Source: Negaprion brevirostris (Eukaryota). From it: a stretch of DNA of 64,000 nucleotides. Every line of letters begins with the position of its first letter. Position 1 is the first letter of the stretch. Under the pieces are notes generated by a model. That model searched no databases, was not told the origin of the DNA, and was given only the letters and a program-made list of their open reading frames with translations. Positions 52,801 through 64,000 of the stretch are shown here, piece after piece. The translations under genes and the position numbers were made by a program. The DNA lies in assembly GCA_030324005.1 (NCBI GenBank), contig JARDVH010000128.1, forward strand, positions 31,519,565-31,583,564. The letters are read 5' to 3'.

Positions 52801-53190
52801 TCTTTCACTACATATCATTCATTAGCATCAGAGAAGACTCTGATGTTCCAAAGCAGATCCAACAGCATCAGGCTGCTGCATGGATACACCGCATCTTCAA
52901 GAATTGCTTCACAGCAGAGACATATGATGAAGATCCATCCACTGCATGATGTGTTCTTCCAGGGTCCAGTAGCTGCAGGCCTTCAGCATTATCTTTACTT
53001 CGGATGCCTGTGATCTGAACAGGATCCTTAAGGTATGTTCTGACTTTTGCACACCACATTGCTCCAGACATGTTCTGGATTGGCAAGTTTTCTCTTCGGC
53101 CAACCAATTAGTGGGATGCAAATCGATTTCATGCTGGCCTCCAGCGGGATTCCTGCTCTACCATGGCAAGCACTAGCAGAAAATCCCACT
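49850..53190 (+). mobile_element. Decayed PIF/Harbinger-like DNA transposon with a Myb/SANT-like ORF, carrying nested CR1 (~50105-50480) and Rex1-like (~50730-50950) fragments
   Basis: TIR-like gagtggaattctccc ... agaaaatcccact. MSGKGGEGPMPKFS (50061-50102) resumes after the CR1 as NISLHVLLDHVEVRRNVLYPADGRR...QCQKMN, resembling the Myb/SANT partner protein of Harbinger elements. No intact transposase seen. Confidence 0.55.
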
Positions 53191-53244
53191 ATAAACTCAC
53201 CAGTGTGTAACCAATTTTTGCACCTTCTGCTTTATTCTCCCCCA

Positions 53245-54130
53245 TTTCCAGCTCATCATTGATCCTGCAATGAAATCATGAGGTAATGCCCTATGCTTCC
53301 ACTGCCTTTTGACGAAGGGGGTTTTAAAGTGTCTGAACCCTGAAGAAAAAAAACTCTTTTCATCTTTATCTTAAATGGGTGACCCCTTATTTTTAAACAA
53401 TAACCCCTAGTTGTATATTCTCCCACACAAGGAAACATCCTCTCCACATCCACCCTGTGAAGACCCCTCAGACCTTGTATGTTTCAATCAAGTCGCCTTT
53501 TACTCTTTTAAACGTTAATGGATACAAACCTAGCCTGTCCAAAAAAAGACTATTGCTTTCATTCCTACATAATTGCCCTTTTTTAATTCTTGGGCCCACT
53601 TTTCTGTCCCTCAAACTGAATGTAGTGTTCAAGCACATTATGATCATTGCTACCTACGGGTGCCTTCAACACGAGGTTATCAATTAGTCCTATCACATTG
53701 CACAATATTAAGTCTAGAATGGCCTGTCCTCTAGTTAGTTCCGGAACATGTTGTTCTAAGAAACTATCCCACAAACATTCTATGAACTTCTCATCTCAGC
53801 TACCTTTGCCCATTTGATTTTTGATCTAGATAAACATCCTCCAAGATTATCGCTGTACTTTCCTGACAAGCTCACTTTATCTATACACTATCTTACCATG
53901 TAGTTACAATTAGGGAGGGCTGCACACTACTCCTATAAGACTTCTTGCCTTTATCATTTCCATCTCAACCCACATAGCTTCTACTTCCTGTTTTCCTGAA
54001 CTTGGGTCATCCCTCACTAATGCGCTAATATCATTATTAATTAGTAGAGCCACCCTTCCACCTTTTCCTCACTTCCTGTCCTTCTTTAATGTCATGTACC
54101 CTTCAATATTCAGGTCCCATGCTACGTCAT
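53245..54130 (-). mobile_element. CR1 LINE fragments (3' region and endonuclease region)
   Basis: Minus-strand DSFLEQHVPELTRGQAILDLILCN...VGSNDHN (APE endonuclease end) and DVERMFP..TRGYCLKIRG (ORF2 end). Confidence 0.85.
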
Positions 54131-55237
54131 CCTACAACCATGGTGACTAAACCATGGTGAAACTTCTGGGACAGATGTGACAGTTTTCCACTGAAGCAAC
54201 TGAGTGAAAACTGGGCGATCTAATTCTTGGTTTTTGAACCACATTGTTCAGCCTTGACGGTTTGCATTCCACATTTAGCACTGGCACCAATCCCAATAGT
54301 GCTCAATCATATTATTCAGTGGGAGTATTTAAATCAATTCAAGGCCAGTACATGTCCCTATAACCTTCAAATTTTTGCATGTAAAGTGAAGTGGCTCGTG
54401 CACCAGGATTGTCAGGGCTCTATGTGTCATCATCAATCCATGCATACCCTTGCCTCCAAGTCAGATACGTTCAAGTCTCACTTCAGACTGGAGCACAAAA
54501 TCCAGACTGATACTCCAGAGGGAATGTTGCACTGTATTCAAAGTAAACCAGAATAGTTCTTCTTGATATCCTACCAATAATTATTTCGTAACCAACATCA
54601 CTAAAATGGTTATTATCACATTTCTGTCTTTGGGACCTTGCTGTACAAAATTAGCCAAAGTGTTTCCTAATTACAACAGTCACTACATAAGTAATTAATT
54701 AACCATGAAGCATTTGGGGGATGCCCTGAAGATGTGACAAGAGCTATATCAATGCAAGTTCTTTCTTAATTCTTTCATTCAATTGATATACCTGTTTCTC
54801 AAGCTGGAAATATTAGCAAATCTTGATGCTCCGGTTTGTGAGATAAAAGGGATCAGAACAGCCCATTCCAACTCCAAAATTCAAACAAAAGAAAACAGTC
54901 AATAATATATAGGCCCAGCTTTATAAAAGAGATTTTACTTCAAAAGTATTTTGAGCTAAAAATCTAGGTTGATAATCTAGCACAGTACAAACGGAATTGC
55001 CACCCTTTGGATGTAACACTTAAATGAGACACCATCTGCCTTCTTAGGTAGAAGGAAAAATTGCACTTGTGCTTTTCAAAGAAGAACAGGGGAGTTCTCC
55101 CCTGCGTACTAGGCCAAAATTCACCCTTCAAAGAACACCTAAAACAAATAATCATGTTGTTTTGTGAAAATTGGCTGCAGTGTTTCCTATGTTTCAACAG
55201 TGATTACACTTCAAAAGTATTTAATTAGCTGTAAAGC

Positions 55238-55760
55238 AGACGCAGCACGGATTCGTGAAGGGGAAGTCATGTTTAACAGATTTATTGGATTTCTATGAGG
55301 ATGTGACTATTGCGGTAGACAGAGGGGAACCGGTGGATGTGGTGTTTTTAGATTTCCAGAAGGTGTTTGATAAGGTGTCTCACAAAAGGTTGCTGCAAAA
55401 GGTTAGGGTGCACGGAGTTGGGGGTAAGGTGTTAGCGTGGATAGAGGATTGGCTGNNNNNNNNNNNNNNNNNNNNNNNNNNNNNNNNNNNNNNNNNNNNN
55501 NNNNNNNNNNNNNNNNNNNNNNNNNNNNNNNNNNNNNNNNNNNNNNNNNNNNNNNTGAAGTGGTGGAGGCTACCTCGCTAAATATATTTAAGTCACAGGT
55601 AGATAGATTTCTGATAGACAAGGGAATTAAGGGTTTTGGGGAGAAAGCGGGAAAGTGGAATGATCCACTTCTGTTCAGCCATGATCTTATTGAATGGCTG
55701 GGCAGGCTTGAAGGGCTAGATGGCCTACTCCTGCTCCTTTTTCTTACGTTCTTATGTTCT
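55238..55760 (+). mobile_element. Young CR1 LINE (RT to tail, collapsed across an N gap) inserted into a Deu SINE
   Basis: QHGFVKGKSCLTDLLDFYEDVT...VDVVFLDFQKVFDKVSHKRLL, then a tail ending (ttcttatg)n. SINE sequence resumes at 55761. Confidence 0.9.
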
Positions 55761-58700
55761 AAAGTGCCTTGGGTGACTTGAAGTTGTGAATGTGCTATGG
55801 AAATGCATGTCTTCCTTTCTTCCGTAAGGCTGTGCTACCTGTGGTTAGGCGACTGGTTTTCCAAGACTGGAGATGGTCTTTGGGTTGTAATTCTGCTAAC
55901 TTATTCAGTGATGCTATAAAGAGTACAGACAGACCATTCATCCCATCCTAATAGCCCTTCAACTTTAATTCCCATTTTCCTGTATATTGTCCAAAATTGG
56001 TTATAGTCTTTGTAGGGGATCTTCTACACATAACTGTAGCAGAGATGAATAACACAGGGGAGAGGAGAGGGCAGCCTCCCCGGAAACAACATCGGTATGG
56101 AGCTGACACGTTCCTTGCAGACCTGCCCTGCAGCCGCAAAGCACTGCAGGGCAAACTACTGAGGGTGAAGTGGGACTTCTAACTGCCTCCCCTGCCCTCT
56201 ATATCTACCAGCCAACAGAGTGAGATAACAGGTCCATCAATGCCAGCTTGAGTAGGTAAGGGAGCGGGGAGGGGGTTGGTTTATGGAAAAGGGGGGTTGA
56301 CTTAAGGGGGAGATACCCTGTGATTAGCAAAAGCAGTCCCAAAAAGCAACCATTCCTCCCTTACCACCTTCCCAGCCTTCATGCATTTGAGTGAAAATAA
56401 TCAGCCTTTCTTCTCCTGCCTGGCTGCACACACCAAACATTTTATAGCATGGGCAGCATATTGTCAGAGTCAATTGACTTGACATCAAGCCTGATTCATC
56501 CTTGATTATTCATATGATGGGTGGGCTACCATATTATGGGAGTGAGGTTAGTGGTGGGATGGGCGCCTACCCAATATCTCATAACATTCAGCCCACAATC
56601 CTGCAATCCCCTACAAATATTGACACAATCTTGAGATCCCAAAAAATATTTATACACTTCTGGACCCACGATAAATACTGGCAGACTTCTGGGAGGCCCA
56701 TACTAACATTGGCACTTTCCTGGAAAACCCTTCAAATATTGGCATGCTCCTGGGGATTCCTATCAATATTAACAAGCTGCTAGGAATCACCTATGAATAT
56801 TGGCACATTCCCAGGGAACCCATTCATTTATTGGCACACCCCTGGAATTCCATACCATTATTGCCACATTTCTGAGCACACCTGTTCTAACCTCTAAAAG
56901 ACAGGGTAAGCTCAGAAGACATAGGGCTGAACACATGCAAATAAAGGAAGTACATCATTTAATATTTTTCTCATCCGTTGAACCTTAGCAGTGCTGGCTG
57001 CTGAAAATACGACTGCATTCCTTCTATCCAGAAGTGGTAAAACCAGGGTGATGGGTTTCTTTTACATATTTCAAAAGCTGCTGCATTTTATGCAATTGAC
57101 GGTAGGAGAGTTGAATGCACGGATGTGGGTTAGGGGTTGCTAAAAAGATTATTTTCAGGACTTTCTAATCTAGCCACCATTGGTACCATCTAGAAGGACA
57201 AGGATAGCAGACACTACCTACCTACTTCTAGTTGCCACTCATAACTTTACAAACCATTGCATTGTTATTTTTTCACTTGCTATCGCTGCAATATTATTTT
57301 TTCACTTGCCATCATATCAGTAAAACTTGGGTGAATTACTTTTTTCACCTCTATTCATGTTACTTCATTGTCAAGTTTAAAATTAAAGGAACATTGTATT
57401 TTGTAAGGTTCACTTTAGAAATCCTCAATGCCGTATTACTAGGAGTTCCCTTTCAAGCCACACACCATCCTAACTTGGAACTATATTGCCATTCCTTCAT
57501 TGTCACTGTTCTCCTCATGGGAACACAGAGTATACTTACTGCAGCCGTTCAAGAAGGCAATTCACCACCACTTTCTCGAGGACAGCTGTGGATAGTGAGT
57601 AAATGCTGGCCTAGCCAGCATTGTGCACATCCCATGAATTAATTTTAAAGACTTATTATTGTGGCTGTATTCTGATTCAAGTGGACATATAATAACTAGC
57701 CATCAAATATCACCAAAACAGTTAGGAAAGATTGCCTTATACAATGGATTGTTAGTTTGGAATACTTTGCTAAAGAGGATAGCTGGAATTTTTAAACAAC
57801 AACAATTTGGCTTCCTACAATACCTTTAATGTAAAACATCCCACAGAGCCTTAAAGGAGCGTTATAAAACAAAATATAACACCAAGCTACATTAGGAGAT
57901 ATTAGTGTGACGAACAAAAAGCTTGGTCAGAGAAGTAGATTCAAGATATTTTTTAAAGGAGAAAAACAGTAGAGGCAGAGAGATATGGGGATAATTCACA
58001 AAGCCTTTTAGCATGTCCTTTCCTAAAAGAGGAGTGACTCTTTTAGTGACTAAAAGAGTAATGGGAAACACCTAAAAAGAGCGAACAGTTTACAATGTCA
58101 GCTTGGTGTTTAATGGGAATGTGAGAAGTGGGTCTCATGTACAAGTTGAGAGAGGACACGCAGGGAGCTGGGATAGGTACTGGTGAAAGATGCAAATGCA
58201 AAACTAGATGAGGGGGTAGCATTATCGGAGCTGTGGCCTGGGCCAGGGGAAGGGAGGAATGTGGCAAAGGCAGATGATCCAATGAGCTCCTTGCACTTTT
58301 TGCTGAAGGTGAGGGTGGAGGTGACAGGGGAGAAAGATACATTTAAGCAGACAGTTTGCAATAGAAAAAGAAATGCTGGAAGTTATCTTTGCTTTCCAGG
58401 AAACTCTGAAGAGAAAATTCAATAAATATTTGAAGTAGAGGATGGTGAAAGACAATGGGGAGAGACTAGGACAATGAATAGTTTTGAATCTGCTCTAGCA
58501 AGGTGCCAGTATCAGTAGGAAAGGCCAATCTAACTTGAGATCAGACCTGCTGAGATTTTTCCAGCATTTTCTCTTGTTCCCCAAAGCATTGAGTCCTCTG
58601 AATGACCAAGCTAGGATCCTACTACTACATCACCATCATATTATGTATTACGTACAGTAATAAAAGTTCAAACTCAAAAACTGCCCAGCACACAGAAGCT

Positions 58701-58879
58701 GAGTGACAAATAGACCACCATCCTTAACCACAATTTTGAGTGCTGTGTACATCGTAACTAGATATTGTCTCGTGATTATTCCTTTACTGATCTAGGTTGT
58801 TGTCTTAATCAAGCTCCTCATGCACTGGCAGTTTCCTTTTTTTTGTAAATTCACACCAAAAACCAAGGACCCAACTATA

Positions 58880-59405
58880 ATGTGCATAGTCCTGATCTAG
58901 TTGGACAGTGAACATTCTGGCCTGTATATTACAAAAAAAACATAAAAGCACTGATGAAGCTGCAAAACATATTTATAAGGATGCAATCAGAACTGAGGAT
59001 TGCAAATGTTGCAAAGACTGAAGAGTTTGGGGCTCTTTTCTCTCATCGAGGTGAGGGGTAACCTCATATAGAGGTCTTTAAAATTCTAAAGGAATTATGG
59101 TGTCAATATGGAGGAGATGTTTTAATTTGCGGGATCCAAATTAGAGATCATAAGTAGAAGATGGTCAATAATAATCTAATAAGGTTTTCAGGAGAAACGT
59201 CTTTACCCAGAGTGGTGAAAATATGGAATGTATTACCAAAAAATTTAGTTGAGAGTATTAGCATTTTACAAGGAATAGATAAAGGAGAAAGGACTAGAAC
59301 AATATGTTGGTAAAGTTAAATGAACTAAGGTAGAAAGAGGCTCATGTGGAGCACAAATACTGCCATAGACCAATGGGGCCTGTTTCTGTGCTATGCTTTC
59401 TATGT
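58880..59405 (+). mobile_element. Old CR1 3' end
   Basis: Decayed RG(d)LIEVFKILKG and FTQ..vKiWN motifs with tail. A similar old copy lies at ~62600-63090. Confidence 0.7.
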
Positions 59406-62400
59406 GTAAAGAAATGCCCAATATTGGATGCAGTTAATCAAGCAAATCCACCTGTTGCTCAGAATTCTGAGGAATGTAATTAAATGTAAATAGAGATTCA
59501 CACCAGCTGTATTTAGCTCCAACTCCTGAAAGACTAAGATACTCGACCAAAATATCCTGAGATCATTAGACTTCAGTAATATATGGCAGACAATTAAGAA
59601 TTTTTAAAAACAAATTGTAATTTCATTTGCAGAAAACAAATTTCCTTCTATATTGTATCACTCTTTCCTTCCTATCGCTTCTCCTCAAAATATTGACTTG
59701 TCGCTGGGAAAAATGTTGACTTGTCTGAGATTAGGTTGACCCTGGGCTACTTCTTCACTTGTATAATTCAACCCTCATATCTCAACCCACAGTTGCCTCA
59801 TTTCTGGGGTACCTAACTCATCTAGTATTTCACCCAAGTACCTAGCCCTTCTAGCACATCATCTATCCAGTAACTTATCCCTCAGGCATCTTGTCCCTTT
59901 CCCTGACTTCTGCTCCCTACTTTTATTCTCTCACCCCTTTGGTTCTTCACCCATCCAGTCTCTCATTCCTTCGGTCATATTCCACTTCATTCTTCATCCC
60001 TGTACTCTCTTGCCCTCCAATAATTGCTCAAGAGATCACTTCATGAGTGAGCCTACAAAAAAAAACTTCCCAGGAATTCAACCTTGGAGGAACCACTACT
60101 GAATCTCATTCTGCTGTAATGTCCGCACAGACACACAAGCATGTACAAATCCACACACCTAAATGCTAAAAATCAATTTCTACACAGCACTAACAAGAGT
60201 AAGGAAAGAACCCTAATACCATTTATAGCTTGAGGGTCTGAGCTGTAAATAATTGGGTTCATGATCAGAAGTGCTTTTACAACTTGGCATCAAGTGTCAA
60301 ATTATTGTCAGTCTATACCATAAGTTTATAAAATGGCATAATAGAAGTTGGCCTTTGACCCAGAAGTGACATAACCACGATTATGTTACATGTTATATGA
60401 AGTGATGATCTGGGGATGTTGGAATGTGTTAATTCATTGCAGCATGGGCTAGGCTCCAGTTTTCAACGCTGTTTTCAGTGGTGTCCTTAGATGGCATTTT
60501 GCCATGGTTCGGTAGGAATTAGAAGCAACAAGGAGCAACAGAAGTGCTTTCTGTGGTCACACTTGATCAGTTTTTATTTAAATTCCATAGGCATTCCATC
60601 ATTCAAAAAATCTTCTCCCCAGATCCCAGTGAACACAACAAAATCAATGGCCCATTTCTTGACCACTCTGCCAAGATGTACCAGGCAGGAACTTGATGGA
60701 ATACCGGTTAGGGTTAGTTACAGGAAAAAATCAAGAAGTTTAACACCATCCAAGACAAAACATGTCACTTGATAGGTATCCCTGCCCCTGACTTAATTGC
60801 CAGTCCCTCCATCACCAGTGCACTGTACCTGCCAGATATGGGATTTACAGAATGCATTGCAGAAACTCACCAAAGTCATTTAAGCAATTCCTCCTTTCCT
60901 GCAACCACAATCACTGAGAATACCAATGTTATGGGGTACCATTGTCTCTAGGACGCGCACCATTCTTGGAAATATATTGCAGTTCCTTCATCGCTTTGGA
61001 TCAATATTGTGGAATTCCCAATCTAACAGCAATGTGGTAGTACCTTCATCATACAGACTGCAGCAGTTCAAAGAGGAGGCCCACCACTCAAGGGAAACTA
61101 GCAATGAATAAGAAGTGAACTAAAAGAAAGATCCTTGCAACAGGAAATGAGCTTTCCTAATTCTAGTTGCAATCTGGACATTTGAACGTTTTGCAAACTA
61201 ATCCAGGACCTCCCCCTACTGGCTATACATCAGCAAGACATGATTCTAAATTAGAAAAAGTGAAGTTTAATTTTAACTCGATTCAACTTTAGGGAAATCA
61301 CTGGAAAGCCCACTAAAATTGGACTGTCTGCCCCGAACCAGGCAATGATAACCCCAAATCAAAAGACAAAATTTATAGAAATCAAGGAAGATTTAAGACT
61401 GAATCTGACTGTAATATCTGGTCTCAGTAGAGTATTTTTGGTGACTTCAGTCGATTTAATTTTCACCTTCTTATTAAATGTATTTGTCCTACCTGTATTG
61501 TGGTCTCTTTTCATACCTACAGGAAATATTTCAGCTGTTTGTTGTTCCCTTTGTATCAACAATCACTGAATTTCAGAATATTTCTTTATGTGAAACAGTA
61601 TAAGATATTGTGATCTGGTGATAGTTCATTATTGTGTTCATTAGTAGAATTAATAAATTTGCTTGTTTTACTGTCTGTTAACTGGTTTCTTATACCTCCA
61701 CTTCAATCAATGATTAGCTACAAATCAAAGACTCCTGTCTGTGCTATAAATCTGTATGATAAAAATATATTTAGTTACAATCCTTTCCATTTGTCAATGA
61801 TAAAGGTACTGAGGTGACAATGAATCATCAGTTCAGCCTCTGGTTCAAGATGGTGGACATGGCACCTTTGAATGGAAATCAGCTAATGCAGTAATGAGTA
61901 ATGTAGAGGGCTTTCACAGGCTTTTCAGCTTTCTCACCTGGGCTCAAATCCAGCCTACACAAATAGCTTGAAAGTCTCCACTGTTTTCTGACTTTAAATT
62001 TGTGTATGCGGAATAGGTTTGGCGTACTGGCCCAATTCTGAGTGGGCATAGCCTAATGGAACTGAACCATTATTGATACAGTATAAATCTCACTTAGACA
62101 CACCTAAGAATGGCCAGTATGCCAAATGGGCAAAACAAATGTCACACTGGAATGGAAGCTGCTGTTTGAAGAATGTTATGCAGCCTATAATTGAACATGA
62201 AACCAAGTGACTTGAATCCTTGTAACATCAGTATAGTATTTAGAAAAAAACATGGTTCTTTAAATATGGGAGGATAGGTCAACAACATTTCTGTTTCATG
62301 AAATTTAGTTTTGAATATATTGTGTTCATTCTTAAAGAATAACATATTGGTTTAAGTGCAAGTCCTTCAACCCCCCGCACTATAACCCCATTCCCCACCC

Positions 62401-63310
62401 CCCATATCCTGCAATTCCCAACCTCATCATGTAATTGCAAGTATATGTTTTATGTTTAGAGGCACAGTTATTTTTAATAATGACAAATAGAGTTGATAAA
62501 AGGGTTTTTAAAAAAATTCCAATTAAATCCTGGATTTTATCAATAGGGAAATGAAGCAACAAGGTAAAGAGTCTGTGCCAATGCTGCATAAATCATTGAC
62601 CAGGCCATGGTTAGAATTAATGTTTTCAGTTTTAGGCACCTTTTTGCAAGAATGTCAAGATCATAGAGTGTGTACAGAAAAGATTCACTAACTTAATACC
62701 AGGGATGAAAGGCTTTGATTATGAGGATACCCCAGGAAAACTGGGCTCTTGACAGGAAAAGATTTGAGAGAAGTGCCAAAAATTATGAGAGGAATTTGAT
62801 AATTTGGGAACAACTATTTCCATTAATCAGTCACTCACTAGAAGATGCCAATTTAAAATCATTTAAAGAACAAATGAAGAGATTCAGACAGTTATCTTTA
62901 CATTGAGCAACACTCAACCAGAAACAGTGAGAAGTCAAAACCTATCATAAATTTTAATGGGGAAGCAAATAAATTTTGAAAAATATAATTCAAATTTATA
63001 TGGGAAAAGCTCAGTGGGATGTGACTAAGTGGATAACTTCAGAGAGCTGGCATAAGCACAATGTGCTGAATAGCCTCTTTCTGTAATATATACTTAGGAC
63101 TTGGTGTTGACTATGTTGTGATACTAAACTTGACTCCATTTTGATTTTCCCTTCTCCACTGGGTGTGAACTGCTGCCTGGTACAGTTAAATGAAGGAACA
63201 GGAGTAGGCCATCCAGTCCCTGAAGCTGTTCCAATTCATTACACAACCCATTCATTTCAAATATCCACCCCAGCTATCATAAGGACAGATAATTCACAAA
63301 TTTGACCCAC

Positions 63311-63502
63311 TGGGTGACACAGTAGCACAATTGTTAGCACTGCTGTTTTAGAGCACCAGGGACCCAGTTTCAATTCCTGGCTTGGGCCACTGTCTACAAG
63401 GAGTCTGCACATTCTTCCTGTGTCTGCATGGGTTTCTTCACACAGTCCAAAAGATGTACTGCTTGGGTGCATTGGCCATGCTAAATTCTCCCTCAGTGTG
63501 TC
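63311..63502 (+). mobile_element. HE1-like SINE, 5' part
   Basis: tRNA-like head gttagcactgctg...ttcaattcc, core cagtccaaaagatgt...ttggccatgctaaattctccctcagtgt. Confidence 0.7.
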
Positions 63503-64000
63503 CAAATTGAGCCCATTGGATTCTGGGAGGGATAGGGACACATTATTCAAACCCAATTATTTGTCCTGTGCTCCCAGTGAAATGGCTTATCACAGGGAGA
63601 ACAGGGTCATGAAATTGCTCCCCAGAATTTCAGACAATGACATCATCTGAAGTAAGAGTTCCACAGGCAGGGAAAAGTTATATGGTAAGCTCTGCCCATG
63701 ATCATTAATGGATTTGAAGATAAAAGACCAAGTAGGAGGGAGCAAAAATGTTAATGTTGAAATTGGGCTGCAATAAAGTAAATGCTTTATGCGCATTCCT
63801 TACTATAGTATGAAAACAACTCACATTGATGTTTAAAAACAGCGCACGCTGGGTGTTGGGGAAAACTGAAGAATGTGTGTCCTTACTTTGTAGTCTTGGA
63901 AATAAACCTGTCTAAAGCTGAAGACTAGCTTAGATTCATTCTTTCCCCAATGTACAATTACTGGAATTAACAAATAATGATGTCCAGGCAGGTTGTGTGT

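Overview
This is eukaryotic (vertebrate) genomic DNA, almost certainly from a shark, judging by HE1-type SINEs, Deu-domain SINEs, dense CR1 LINEs and Penelope-like elements. It has several N gaps. The only intact host gene is sarcalumenin (SRL) on the minus strand: six coding exons joined by phase-1 GT-AG introns (41795 down to 21997), including the 1140-bp acidic cassette exon of the long isoform. The signal-peptide exon was not found and probably lies beyond base 64000. Downstream of SRL is a decayed full-length Ty3/Gypsy LTR retrotransposon (14042-20192). Its RT is split by an intronless GPATCH11 pseudogene that ends in a full-length HE1 SINE instead of a poly(A) tail, which is the most interesting structure here. 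Other oddities are an unclassified CpG-rich ~2 kb segment in an SRL intron, two short near-perfect fold-back inversions built from CR1 fragments, and SINEs with the same head but different tails. TE family names come from recognising motifs by eye and TE boundaries are approximate; SRL exon boundaries were checked base by base.
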